Positions 50,807 to 62,671 are shown, counted from the stretch's first letter. The stretch: 64,000 bases of DNA from Callorhinchus milii (GCF_018977255.1 NW_024704742.1:108812001-108876000), one strand, 5' to 3'. Made by a program: numbers and translations. The notes: generated by a model not told the origin, from the sequence alone.

Positions 50807-51633
50807 CTCAGCACCTCAGACTCTGGCAACATCAACCTCCATGGTTGCATACTACAACTCACCAAGCCAGTCAGAAATCTAGGTGTCTTGTTCGACCTTC
50901 AACTGTCTTTTCTCCCCCACACTCAAGCCATGACCCGCTCTGCCTTCCCTCACCTCTGTGACATCGCCCGATTCTGCCACTACCTCACCCCTCAGGCCAC
51001 TGAAACTCTTGCTCATGCCTTCATCACCTCCAGGCTCGACCTTGCAAACAGCCTGCTTGACGGCCTTCCCAACTCCTCCCTCCGCAGGCTGCAGATAATC
51101 CAGAACTCTGCAGCCCGTGTCCTCTCCCGGACCAAACTCCGTGATCCCATCTCCCCCACTCTCGCCAGACTCCACTGGCTCCCTATCCTTCAGAGGATCC
51201 AGTTCAAGATCCTGATCCTCACCTACAAAGCCCTCCATGGCCTCACCCCACCTCCTAACCCACCTCTGCGACCTCCTAACCCCCTGCCAACCCACCCGTT
51301 CCCTCCGCTCAGCCGGCTCTGGCTTGCTTCACGTCCCCCGACCTACCTGCTCCACCATTGGCGGGAGAGCCTTCAGCCACTCTGCCCCCAACCTCTGGAA
51401 TTCCATCCTCCAGTCACTCCGCCTCGCTCCCTCCTTAGCCTCCTTCAAGTCCTGCCTCAAGACCCTCCTCTTTGACCATGCCATCAGCCAACCTCTTCCC
51501 TTCCCTCCCTTCTCCCCCCCCCCCCCCCCCAACCCCAGCTCGGATTTGAAATGCTGTATTCTGTCAGGCGCCTTGGGACGTTCTCCCGACTTGAAAGGGC
51601 TATACAAATGGAATCTTGTTGTTGTTGTTGTTA
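50807..51633 (+). mobile_element. L2 LINE 3' portion (type A)
   Basis: VRNLGVLFD, HAFITSRLD, QNSAARVL, LHWLPI, APNLWNS, LKTLLF; poly-C 3' UTR; (ttg)n tail. Confidence 0.95.
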
Positions 51634-51634
51634 T

Positions 51635-52655
51635 TGTTCCTCAGGGCTCTGTCCTTGGTCCCCTCCTCTTCAACCTCTACGTACTTGGTGACATCATCCA
51701 CAGATATGGGGTCAACTTCCACATGTATGCGGATGACACCCAACTCGATCTCCCTGCCTCCACCCTCAATTCCAGGACAACTGACGTCCTGTCAGACTGT
51801 CTGTCAGGCATCAAGTCCTGGAGGAGAGCTAACTTTCTACAGCTGAATGTCAGCAAAACTGCGGATCTCCTGATTGGCTCACACCAGCGTCTCAGCTCCT
51901 AAGGCACTGGCAGCATCAGCATCCATGGATGCACACTCCACCTCACCGAGCCAGTCAGGAACCTGGGCATTTTGTTTGACCCTCAACTGTCCTTTCTTCC
52001 CCTTATCTGCACCATGACCCGCTCTGCCTTCCCCCACCTCCGCAACATTGCTCAACTCCACCACTGCCTCACCCCGCAGGCCGCTGAAACCCTCATACAT
52101 GCATTTGTCACCTCAAGGCTCGACTACGGAAACTCCCTTCTTGTCGTCTCCCCAACTCTTCCCTCCACAACCTGCAGATCAACCAGAACTCTGCAACTTA
52201 TGTTACCTACAGCTCCAGGCTCCGTTCAAAATTCAAAATTCAAAATCCTCGTAATCGCTATCAAGACCTTCTATGGCCTTGCTCCCTCCTATCTCTCAGA
52301 CCTGCTGAACCCCTATCAATCTGTCCTTTCCCTCTGTTCAGCAGGCTCCGGCCTGCTCCAGATCTCCTGTCCGACCCGCCCCCCCATCGTCGGCTGGGCT
52401 TTCAGCCTCTCTGCCCCCACTCTTTGGAACTCCATCCCATAATCCCTTTGCTTTGCTTCCTCTTTTGTCTCCTTCAAGGTGCGACTCAAGACCCTCATTT
52501 TTGACTGTGCCTTCAGCTGCTCTCCTACCCCTTTTGCCCTCCCTCATCCCAACCCTGCCTTTCACACTCGGGTCCTGATTCCTGACTGTTCAGCGCCTTG
52601 GGACATCCTTCTAACGTGAAGGGTGCTTTATAAATGTAATTTTCTTGTTATTGTT
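51635..52655 (+). mobile_element. L2 LINE abutting the previous copy
   Basis: [42 protein letters not shown]; type A tail. Confidence 0.95.
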
Positions 52656-52821
52656 AAAAATGTAAGATTGTGCACAATTTTGGAAAATTCGTAAATTCAA
52701 TCTCGTTTTCAAATCCAGCTTTTCAAAGTTCTTAAAATATTGTTCTTGATATGATAGGTGGGAACCCGGCTTTAAAAGGAGTACAGGATTTTCCAAAAAT
52801 TTCAACAATCTTGCATTTTAA
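52654..52821. repeat. Imperfect inverted repeat with arms of about 40 bp (MITE-like)
   Basis: ttaaaaatgtaagattgtgcacaattttggaaaattcgta is nearly the reverse complement of tacaggattttccaaaaatttcaacaatcttgcattttaa. Confidence 0.65.
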
Positions 52822-53149
52822 GAAACTTTTACAACATTTTAAGTGGTCTTAAGGCTATAACCACAAGAAATTATGGGCCTCAAATTTATAGTACAAAACA
52901 CATTTACTGATCTCTGAGTTGATGTCTATGAACTCGAGTAAGCAGAGTATTATACAGAGTATTCGAGTTTTAAAATACAAAGTGGAATGTTCAATATCGT
53001 TCCCTGAACTCTATTTGTTCAACCTTATGCTGTTCAGAATATTATGTACCAAGTGGAAACCAGAGAATGCTGAAAAATAATTTGAGCCAATAATTAGAAT
53101 AATTAATAATTAGAAAGAAAACGATTGATATTTGGTATAAACATAACTG

Positions 53150-53470
53150 ACAGCCAGGCTGAGGAAATCTTATCTGACCAACCTCATAGACTTTTTTGAG
53201 AAGGTGACATCCCATATTGACTCTGGGAAGCCATCTTGCGAAGTGTACTAAGTCTTCCAAAGGCATTTGACAAACTACCACATGAGAGACCTACTTACAA
53301 ACTGATATAACTTGGAATCAAGGAAAGATCTGAGTTGGCTGAAGAGAAGAAAGCAGAAAGTAAGGGAGCTAGATCATAATGGGGTACGGGATTAAGTGTG
53401 GTCCTCAGGTCTGTACTGGAACCTTCCTCTTCCTGTATATATTAACAACCTGGATTTGCAGACCTAATGT
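53150..53470 (+). mobile_element. Old CR1 RT fragment
   Basis: ttccaaaggcatttgacaaa (FQKAFDK-like) and cctcaggtctgtactgg (PQGSVLG-like). Confidence 0.65.
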
Positions 53471-53834
53471 AAGACGTCTATTGATGCCCTTACTGCCAGG
53501 CTAGACATCCATTGATGTCTTTGCTGACAGGCTAGATCTCGATTCTTTTCACATCATCTAGTTGTAACACATAAGAATGTCCGAATACCAACAGAAAGCC
53601 TCAATATTCTAAGATATCCATTGCAATCAAAGCTGCAGTGGAGATTAACTACTCTCTGCTGGTGAAAAGCCCTAAAATAAATGCACACATACATGTTTTA
53701 CATTGAAAAAACGTGCACTTTTGTATCTGTACTAAGATACTCCTCAAAATTCAATTCCTACTTGCTGTAAATTTCTAGGGAAGATGTACAACTCCAATAT
53801 TTGAATCAACACAAATAACCTCCAAACTGGCATT

Positions 53835-54125
53835 AACACAGGCCAAACAGACCATTTAAGAGTGAAATCAGGAAGCATTTTTTCACTCAAAGGGTGGTAG
53901 AAATCTGGAATTCTCTCCTCCAAAAGGCCGTAGAAGCTGGATCCATCCATATCTTCAAGAGTGAGGTTGATAGATTTTTGGTAGGTCAGGGTATGAAGGG
54001 ATATGGGGAGAAAGCGGAAAATTGGAATTGAAAGGATTAATTAAGGTCCAGATCAGCCATGATCTAATTAAATGGTGGAACAGGCACAAAGGGCTGAATA
54101 GCCTACTCCTGTTTCTGTGTTACTC
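53835..54125 (+). mobile_element. CR1 3' end
   Basis: RPFKSEIRKHFFTQRVVEIWNSL and a 3' UTR like that at 1890-1960. Confidence 0.88.
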
Positions 54126-54179
54126 TGTAACTCTTTTAATATTTGTTTACCAGTATTTACAGCTTTGCATGAGGTAGCA

Positions 54180-54600
54180 ACCAATTTTAAGCTATGGTAA
54201 GTGAAAGGAAAACATTAAATAAACAAAACAAACAGGATGTTGGCGATATTGCTAATTCAGTTGAGTTTAGATCTCCAAGCATCATACTCAAGCTCTGTAG
54301 TGCTCCAGTCAGACAACACATAGAGTATTGCAAAACACAAAATACTGCAGATGAGGCCAGATAACCAGAACTGAATGCAACACCTAGAGTCCTGCATTCA
54401 ATTCTAGTTATCATGGCCTAAGAGGACTGCCCAGGCTACAAGAGGCAGTACTTAATGAGGTTGTCAGGAAGGGTGACTGAGGCCGAGACACTGGACTTAT
54501 TTAAAGAAACAGCTTGATGCTGTGAAAGAGAGGATGGGTATTCTGGAAGGATGATATGATATGAGCTAAAGAGCTTTCTTTATCTGAACTCATCTTGTCA
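54180..54600 (+). mobile_element. Old CR1 3' fragment
   Basis: LKLCSAPVRQHIEYC remnant and the gggtattctggaagg 3' end. Confidence 0.6.
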
Positions 54601-56135
54601 TTTAATACAGCCATCTGTTAATGCAGTTTTCAGTGAAGTTAAAAAAGTGAAACTATTATGATGTGTGATCTTTCAAGCGTATAACCATTAATCAAGTGTA
54701 ATAGACTGTTTTTTCTTTGTGGCTCTAATGCCTACCTTTTAATCAGCTGTTCACAATGGACAAGGTCCGAATTTTTATCTTGATGACGATAAAATGTGAC
54801 AGATCAGGTTACTTTAATTTTACTGCCCCCAAATCATTTTAATCTAGGAATAACCCATACAAGAGTTTCTGTTGGCAACCGACTGGTAGAGCTTTTATTT
54901 ATGAAGAGGTAGGGGTAAATAGGAATATAAATTTAACCTTAAAGAATACACATAGAACTGCTCCTTTTGGAACCATAAATAGGAAAAGGTTTTATCTTCC
55001 CTGCCTGACAGCTAACTGAGGCACAACTCAATACATTTATCTGATCAGTCAACAGCGGAGACATCACAAAATCATGTGAAAATCTGGCGTTCCAGTGGAG
55101 TTTATTCAACGTTTCATAAGAGCAGTAACCTTTAAAAGAACTGCTGTCACTCTGTGTATTAGACTTTTGGAACAGAGCCAAGGGACACTCCTGCATCAAG
55201 TTAGTTCTATGTTATTTACTGCCATCTATTTTCTCATCAGCCAAATATAAGTGGTGGTATATGAGAGTTGATGAGTGGGTGTTTCTTAACAGGGCCAATT
55301 GTCATTGAAAAGCCAACTCCTGCTGAATCTCCATTCAGATTTCTTAATTAAGAAATTCAATAGAAGAAATATCAAAGTGTACCTAATAGTAACTTAAATA
55401 TAATGTGAGTTTGGATAAGATTACTTTCCTATAAGAACTGTCTTCTGATCTGGCAATATTTAGCTAGCCTAAACAGAGTTTTATGGATCTGAATCTTTAC
55501 ATTAGAATGAGGCTCCACATTATGTTGATGTTTGAAATAGTGCATCTTAGCTGAATGGAAGGACTCAAGAAACTGAGAAAGTTGCGTACATTTTGTACTC
55601 CACAATTTTGGCACTGCAAAAAGCACACATCTGTAAGTTATGAGTCGACTCTGAGATGGTGTTTTTCGTGTTGAGCAGCTTTTGAAGTGTGCTTTTCGTC
55701 ATTTCTATTAAGCATGTTTTGGCAGGCAAACCTAAAATACTCCACACAGATTTTGTCATTGTGACATAAGGGGCTCCAGACCCAGTGCAGAGGTAAGCAA
55801 CAAAGATAATATCCATTTCAACACGAATAAGCTATGAACAATGATAAGACAAGCTAGGGCAATTCAATCTTTGAAAGAGACAACTCAGATGGGATCTGAC
55901 AGGTATACAGAAGTGAACTCAAGAATACTTTCAGATTCGCTGAAACAGCAGACTAACAGGACACAGGTTTGCAAAGAGGAATTTCACGACAGATATTAAG
56001 AAATATTTTTTACCCAGAGAATAATTATTGACTGTAACAGGTTATCAGGAAGGGTGGTTGAGACAAGGACACTGGATTCATTTAAAATATAGCTGTTAAT
56101 TTGTGATGGGATTCGTAGAATAAGTATTCTGGAAT

Positions 56136-57444
56136 AATACAATACAATACAAAATTACATTTGTATAGCGCCTTTCAAGTCGAGAGGACATCCCAACGTA
56201 CTGCACAGTCAGGGATTTAGACCCGAGCTGGGGGTCGGGATCGGGGAGGGGAGGACAGCAAGGGTAGGAAGGTGGCCGAAGGCTCAGCCGAAGAGGAGGG
56301 TTTTGAGACATACTTTGAAGGAGGCAAGGGAGGGAGCGAGGCAAAGGGAATGAAGGATGCAGTTCTATAGGGTGGGGGCAGAAAGGCTGAAAGCCTGACC
56401 GCTGATGGTGGGAGCGGGCTGGGCAAGGAACGTGGAATAGGCCAGAAGCGTGCTGAGCAGAGGGAGCGGACAGGTTGATATGGGGTTAGCAGGTCACAGA
56501 GGTAGTGAGGGGCAAGGCCAGGGAGGGCCTTGAAAGCAAGGATAAGATTTTGACCTCTGTCCTCTAGGGAATGGGGACCCAGTGGAGCCAGGCAAGGGTG
56601 GGGTGATGGGGTCAGGGAGTTTGGTGCAGGAGAGTACACGAGCTGCAGAGTTCTGGATGATCTGCAGCTTATGGAGGGAAGAGTTGGGAAGGCCAACAAG
56701 TAGGTACTTGGCGTAGTCAAGCCTAGATGTGATGAATGCATGGATGAGGCGTGAGACAGTGGCAGAGCTAAGCAATGTTACGGAGGTGGGGGAAGGCGAG
56801 GGGGGGTCATAGCATGGATGTGGGGTAGAAAGGACAGTTGAGGATCAAACAAGACGCCAAGGTTTCAGACCAGCTTGGTGAGGTGAAGTGTGCATCCCTG
56901 AATGATGATGCTGTCAGTGCCTGAAGTGTGGACATTCTGTCAGGACAGCAGTGGTCCTGGAGTCGACGGTGGAGGCAGAGAGATAGAGTTGGGTGTCATC
57001 CGCATACATGTGGAAGTTTACCCTATGTCTGCTGATGATATCACCAAGAGGGAGCATGTAGATATTGAAGAGGAGGGGACGAAGGACAGAGCCCTGAGGT
57101 ACACCACGCGAGACAGTGTGTGGGCTAGAGGAGAAGCCGTTTGTGGAGATGAAGTGGAAATGGTGTGAGAGGTAGGATCTGAACCATTCAAGGGCAGACC
57201 CATTAAGGTTGAGGTGAAAGGAGAGGCAGTGGAGGAGGATAGAGTGGTCAACGGTATCGAAGGCAGCAGAGAGATCAAGGAGGACAAGGAGGCAGAGGGA
57301 GCCCTGGTCACAGATGGACAAAATGTAATTTGTCACTTTGACCAAAGTTGTTTCTGTGTTTTGAGCAGCATGGAAACCTAATTGGAAGGGTTTGTGAAGG
57401 GAGTGGCAGGAGAGGAAAGAGCGAAGCTGGAAGCCAACGACTCC
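56136..57444 (-). mobile_element. L2 LINE with RT core and internal deletions
   Basis: [42 protein letters not shown]; (gtatt)n tail. Confidence 0.95.
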
Positions 57445-58268
57445 AATAATGAGATCAAATAGGCCAAAGGACCTTCTTCATTCAAACTGATCTGATCTTG
57501 TGATATTGTAAGCACCAGGGCACTTCACAAGTAATTCTTTTTAAACCGGTTCTCATGTATCTGCAAAACCAATTAAACATTATCTCCATCTTAGAGCTGA
57601 TTCTGAAGCGTCATTCTAAAAACTAATGTCAAACTAAATACAATCTACCTTCTTTTCTTTCGGGAAGCAGGTGTCTGATAAATACAGAAACTAATCAACA
57701 TGCTTAACAGAATCCAAGCCAGACTGAGATTCCACAAATGCATGTCATCGATGCCATGGCAAATTTCCCTGTGTGGAATGGAATGCGCACTCTCTCCCTA
57801 CTTATACGAACTCTGCTTACCTACTTGCAGAAAGTATTAGGCGAGGCTGACGTATGCTTAAATTATCAGCCAGAAGGATCTGTAATCCATAATGAGCGCA
57901 ACAATAGTTTGTTCCCACATGATATTTTGTTTCACTTCAAAGAAAAATTAACAAAATATTTAAAAAATATGCCCATGCAAACTTTAAGAGTACTTTGCAT
58001 TTTTTTCTTGGGCACTCTCCTGTCTTGAACAACTGACTTTAACAACTTCAGACCTAAGCAGTCTCCTTGGTTTCCCTCTCTGTCGTTTTGGTCTTTTTTT
58101 AAAACTAAATTCACACATTTTCTTTCAACTACTTCTTTATTCTTTTCTTACTATTCCCTGTATTTTGCACTCCCATCTGGGACTACTTTTGTGATGCACC
58201 ACCCTATAACACCTTTTGCCGGCATTTCATTATCTGATATTGGGCTATTAGCTGCCTCTTTCGGCAGT

Positions 58269-58593
58269 GGAGTCCTGTAGCTCAGTGGTTAGAGCACTCG
58301 CTTTGCAAGTGAGAGACCTGAGTTCAATTCCAGGCAGAGGCGAAACCTTGGGCAAGTTTCCTTACTCCACACGCCTAATAATAATCCCTCCAAAACCGAA
58401 AACAATAATAAATTGGTCATTTTCAATCCATATGACTGTTTGTGGGACATTTCTGTGCGCAATTGGCTGCCGCGTTCGCCCACAAATATACAGTCAATTC
58501 ACTTTACAGTGTGTTCTGTGAAGCGCTTTGGGACGTCCTCCCGACGTGAAAAGCGCTATATCAAATGCAAGGATTATTATTATTATTATTATT
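58269..58593 (+). mobile_element. SINE family A, short (deleted-body) variant
   Basis: ggagtcctgtagctcagtggttagagcactcgctttgcaagtgagagacctgagttcaattcc head; body deleted after ccacacgcc; tail loop matches L2 type A. Confidence 0.92.
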
Positions 58594-59059
58594 GGGAAGT
58601 TTTTCTTTACCCAGAAAGTGATTAACCAGTGGCGCTTGGGGGGACAGATGCTGGAAGGCATTACCTGGAATTCAAATTGGTGAGCACATGTTCTAAATCC
58701 TGGAATCCACCTTTATTGGTTTGCAAAGAGGTAACCAACTGCTGCTCGAGATCTGCACCTCCAACTGATGGAACCATCGTTCAATGGAAAGGGATGTATA
58801 TGTAAGCTGTGAGCAGGATGATAATGGCAATCCTTCCATGCATTTCATGCTAAGCTGTTTTGCCCACTAGGAAACTCGTAGGGAGTTCCTAGTACCTGCC
58901 ATCCACCTAGTGAGGGCTCAATTCCATGCTTGTCAGATGTCAAAGCAGCAACTAATGACTATTCTCCTGGGAGGGAGGTAAATGGGATCTCTTTGGAGCT
59001 GAACTGGCTCCAAGGTTACATGTTTGGCAAATCAATGTCAGAATCAAAGCAATCCTTAG

Positions 59060-59410
59060 GGTAATCCTTAGGGTGATACAAGCAGCAGGAAGGAAAGCTT
59101 GCCAGACAGTGCTCTCAATGGCAAGCTATGCAGTTTTAACTGGTTAGACTCTAGCAGTACCCCAACGCACACTCTGGGGGACCCAAGCCTTGGCTTCTGC
59201 CAGCATGTGTTTGATACTCACCAGAACTGGATAAGAAGGATGCATCCATCCAGGGAGAGAGTTCACATTCTTTTCTAATAAATGTCTCAGGAATTTCCAT
59301 GGATAGGTGAGGCACATGGAATTGTGTTTGGTTTGGGTACTCTTAACCATGGTAATAGGTTTCCATATGTGTCATGTACCTGACTGACCCCCCAAAATCC
59401 ATTGGAACAG
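59060..59410 (-). repeat. Unclassified dispersed repeat X, copy 4
   Basis: gacagtgctctcaatggcaagctatgcagtttt is the reverse complement of about 3393-3425. Confidence 0.72.
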
Positions 59411-59894
59411 GACGGGTATTTGAGGGAATAATGTTGGACTTGTTTAAAAAATAGTTGATGTTGCACTGGGAGGAAGTTAGGGTGGGTGTTCTGCAAGGAT
59501 AAGATCAAATTGGCTAAAGGGTCTTCTTCATCCAAATCTTACTTGTGATCTTGTGAGTATATTATTGTACTTAAGCCTTGGGATAATTTAACTTCTGCAT
59601 TTTCTAACACTGCTTATTTGGCACTGTTATCAGTACTGTGCAAAGATACATTTGGCTTGAGTGAATAGAAAATGGATTACGGTAGCCTTTTAAAGATTTT
59701 AGAAGTATGTAAGAGGAAAGTTCCTTGAGAATTTTTTCCAGCTGAACAACTGCCAACAAACCTTTATGTTCTTTCCTTATTATGTCAAATCAAACCCACT
59801 CTCCCCCACGCCCCACAACTGTTCTCAATGCCAACATGCATGAAGCTAGTGATAGCAGGATAGCAACTTTCCTATGATTTTTTAAAATCTTTTT

Positions 59895-60200
59895 AAAATC
59901 CTTACATTTGGTATTGGGCCCTTCACATCAGGAGGACATCCCCAAACACTTCACAGGATACACTGTAAAATGATATGAGTGTTTCGTGGGTAAACATGGT
60001 ACCCAATTGTGCTCAGCAATGTGCCCCAACAGCCATGAACTGAATGAACAATCTTATTTGGAGATTGTTGTCCAGGACACTGGACGTCCAGGGACGTCCT
60101 CCTGACGTGAACGGCGCTTTATAAATGGAATCTTGTTGTTGTTGTTGTTGACACTGGGAAAAACTCTCTTCTCTTTTTGAATAGTACCATGGGATTCTGC
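59895..60200 (-). mobile_element. Deu-domain SINE 3' part, host of a mini L2 insertion
   Basis: Tail and Deu motifs, interrupted at 60084-60149. Confidence 0.78.
60084..60149 (+). mobile_element. 66-bp L2 tail-only insertion with an 8-bp TSD
   Basis: gacactgg at 60076-60083 and 60150-60157 flanks acgtccagggacgtcctcctgacgtgaacggcgctttataaatggaatc(ttg)n. Confidence 0.85.
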
Positions 60201-60354
60201 CCAGACACAATGGGCAAAATGGACTAATCCCTGACATTCTGTGATTATGATTCTGTGAAATATGCTACAAATAAATTTGATAAAATCATGCGTGGCTTAA
60301 TGGTAATTAAGCTTGGAGGGTTCTGCACTAATAACCCCAAAGGACCCCAAAGGA

Positions 60355-60735
60355 GCAGAAAAGATTGAGAGGAGAGTATGGTAGAGGTGTTTAAGATACA
60401 GTGTAGATAGTAGAAAAGTATTTCTTTTAGCTGGGGAATTGATGAATAGTCTCAGGATTGCTAACAGAAAAATTAATGGTGAGGTAAGTAGTAATTTCTT
60501 CTAGCCTCTGCACTAATTTGTTGTTAGGATTTGGAATTCATTACCACAAGCTGCTGGGAATGTTAAGTGTGTGGAATTAATTTCCACCAGTGAGTCTCGA
60601 GCCTGGATCAATAGAATCATTAAAAAATAAACTGGATAAGCACCTGTGAGGTAAAGCCGTTAAGAGATAAGGGAGACCGTGAGAAAGTGGGATTAATAGT
60701 AAAAAGATGATTTGGAAAAATAGCTAACAGTGGCA
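60355..60735 (+). mobile_element. Old CR1 3' fragment
   Basis: agattgagaggagagtatggtagaggtgtttaagat and gttaggatttggaattcattacc. Confidence 0.6.
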
Positions 60736-61535
60736 GGCAAGCTAACATTAATAATCATACATTCATTTGATGCAGTGCCTTATCACATTGTTAAATGTCT
60801 AATAATGCTTCACGGAATCTACTATAGAGTGCAGTGACTGTATATTTTAACAAGGCAGCCAATTTGCACATAGGGTGGACTGGCTAAATGGGAAATTGGG
60901 AGATTTCCTGAGTGCCCCAATGAGTGGTTCCCTGAGCCAACGTCCTCCCGACGTGAAAGGCGCTCTATAAATGCAATCTTGTTGTTGTTGTTGTTCCATT
61001 GCATTAAATGTCTGTTTCTATGCGATAATCAAATATTTATTTAAAATATTGATAAAATAAACAAGTTACTATAACATAAATAATTAACACTTTTAATATG
61101 AGAACCAGTGCACAGGTGTATTCTATTCTCTTGACGCTATATAAAAGCATTTCTTTACATAGGTGTTAATTAATGACAGGACTGGGAAGGGTGATTGAGT
61201 CAAGGACACTGAACTCATTTACAAAATAGCTTGATGCCCCGATGAGAGGACATAAGGGTGGGTATTCTGGGAAAATTATATCAAATAAGTCAAAGGGCTT
61301 TCTTCATCTGAATCTTTCTTGCGCTCTAAGAAGTTATCCTATATTAAATAATAATAATTTGGACAATCAATCCACAACTGCTTGTGGGACACACTGTACG
61401 CAATTAGCTGCCACTTTCCGCCCACAAAATATAGTCAATTCACTTTGCAGTATATACTGTGACGTGCTTTGAGATGTCTCGAAGTCATGATGAGGTGCTA
61501 TATCCGCAGACTTAAACTTCAACATATATGCGGAT

Positions 61536-61861
61536 GGAGTCTTGTAGCTCAGGAGTTCGAGCACTCACCTCACAAGGTGAGTGCTCGAACTCGAAATTGA
61601 CCTGGGTTCAATTCCAGGCAGGGCGAAACTTCGGGCAAGTTTCCTTACTCTACACACCTAATAATAATTCCTCAAGAAAAAAAAATAATAATAGATTGGT
61701 CATTTCAATCCATGGCTGTTTGTGGTATACCGCTGTGTGAAATTGGCTGCCGCATTTCACCCACAAATTTACAGTCAATTCACTTTACAATAATTCTGTG
61801 AAGCACTTTGAGAAGACATGAAAAAATGCTATATCAAAAATGCAAGGATTATTATTATTAT
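61536..61861 (+). mobile_element. SINE family A, short variant
   Basis: Same body deletion as 58269-58593. Confidence 0.88.
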
Positions 61862-62671
61862 GACACACAAATCTACTTCTCCTCCTCCAACTACAACTCC
61901 AGGTCCAACGATGTTCTCTCATACTCCTTGTCTCCCGTCAACGTCTTCACTCCTGCGGATCTGAACTCCTCAACCTCCCTGGGCTCTCTATCACACTCAC
62001 CGAACCAGTGTGCAATCTCGGCGTCCGGTTCGACCCCCAATTGTTCTTCCTTCCTCACATCCATTCCCTGACTAGCACTGCCTTCTTCCACCTCCGCCAC
62101 AGGTTCGATCCACAGCTGTCCTTCCTTCTCCATATCCGGTCCCTGACCAAGACCGCCTTCCTCCATCTCTGCCATATTGCTCACATCCAACCATACCTTA
62201 CCCCAGATGCAGCCAAAACATTCGTCCATGCTTTTGTCACCTCCCGACTCAACTTTTTAAATGCCCTCTTCACCAGTCTCCCCAGCTCCACCATACACAG
62301 GATCCAGCTCGTTTCCAAATCCCTTCATGGCCTGGCACCTCCCTACCTCCCCAACCTGCTTATCCACCAACCCCAAGCTGCTGCCTCTGCTCGACTGGCT
62401 CCGGTCTCCGGCATGTCTCTTGTGCCCTCTGTTCTACCATTGGCAGCTGTGCTTTAAGCTACTATGCCCTGAAACTCTGGAACACTCTTCCTTTATCCCT
62501 TCGCCTTGTCCCTTCCTTCCCCATCTTTGTCGCGCCTGAAGACCTTCCTCTTCGATCATGCCTACGGTTAACTCCCCCTCCCCCTGGCTCAGTGTTGTGC
62601 TTCGCCACTTTCAAGCCTCTGGAACGCGACCCTGGGGAGGGATGCTGTATAAATTGGATGTTGTTGTTGTT
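61860..62671 (+). mobile_element. L2 LINE (type B) with deletions and an internal duplicated segment
   Basis: YDTQIY, CNLGVRFDPQL, HAFVTSRL; (ttg)n tail. Confidence 0.9.

Noticed and set aside
51485..51538. Poly-C tract, potential G-quadruplex on the minus strand
   Set aside because: It is part of the ordinary C-rich L2 3' UTR.
58269..58345. tRNA-Ala-like sequences (also at about 21030, 41460, 47930 and 61540)
   Set aside because: They lack a proper acceptor stem and continue into SINE body and tail, so they are SINE heads, not tRNA genes.
58866..58893. Small hairpin actaggaaactc-gtagg-gagttcctagt
   Set aside because: Too short for a pre-miRNA and plausible by chance.
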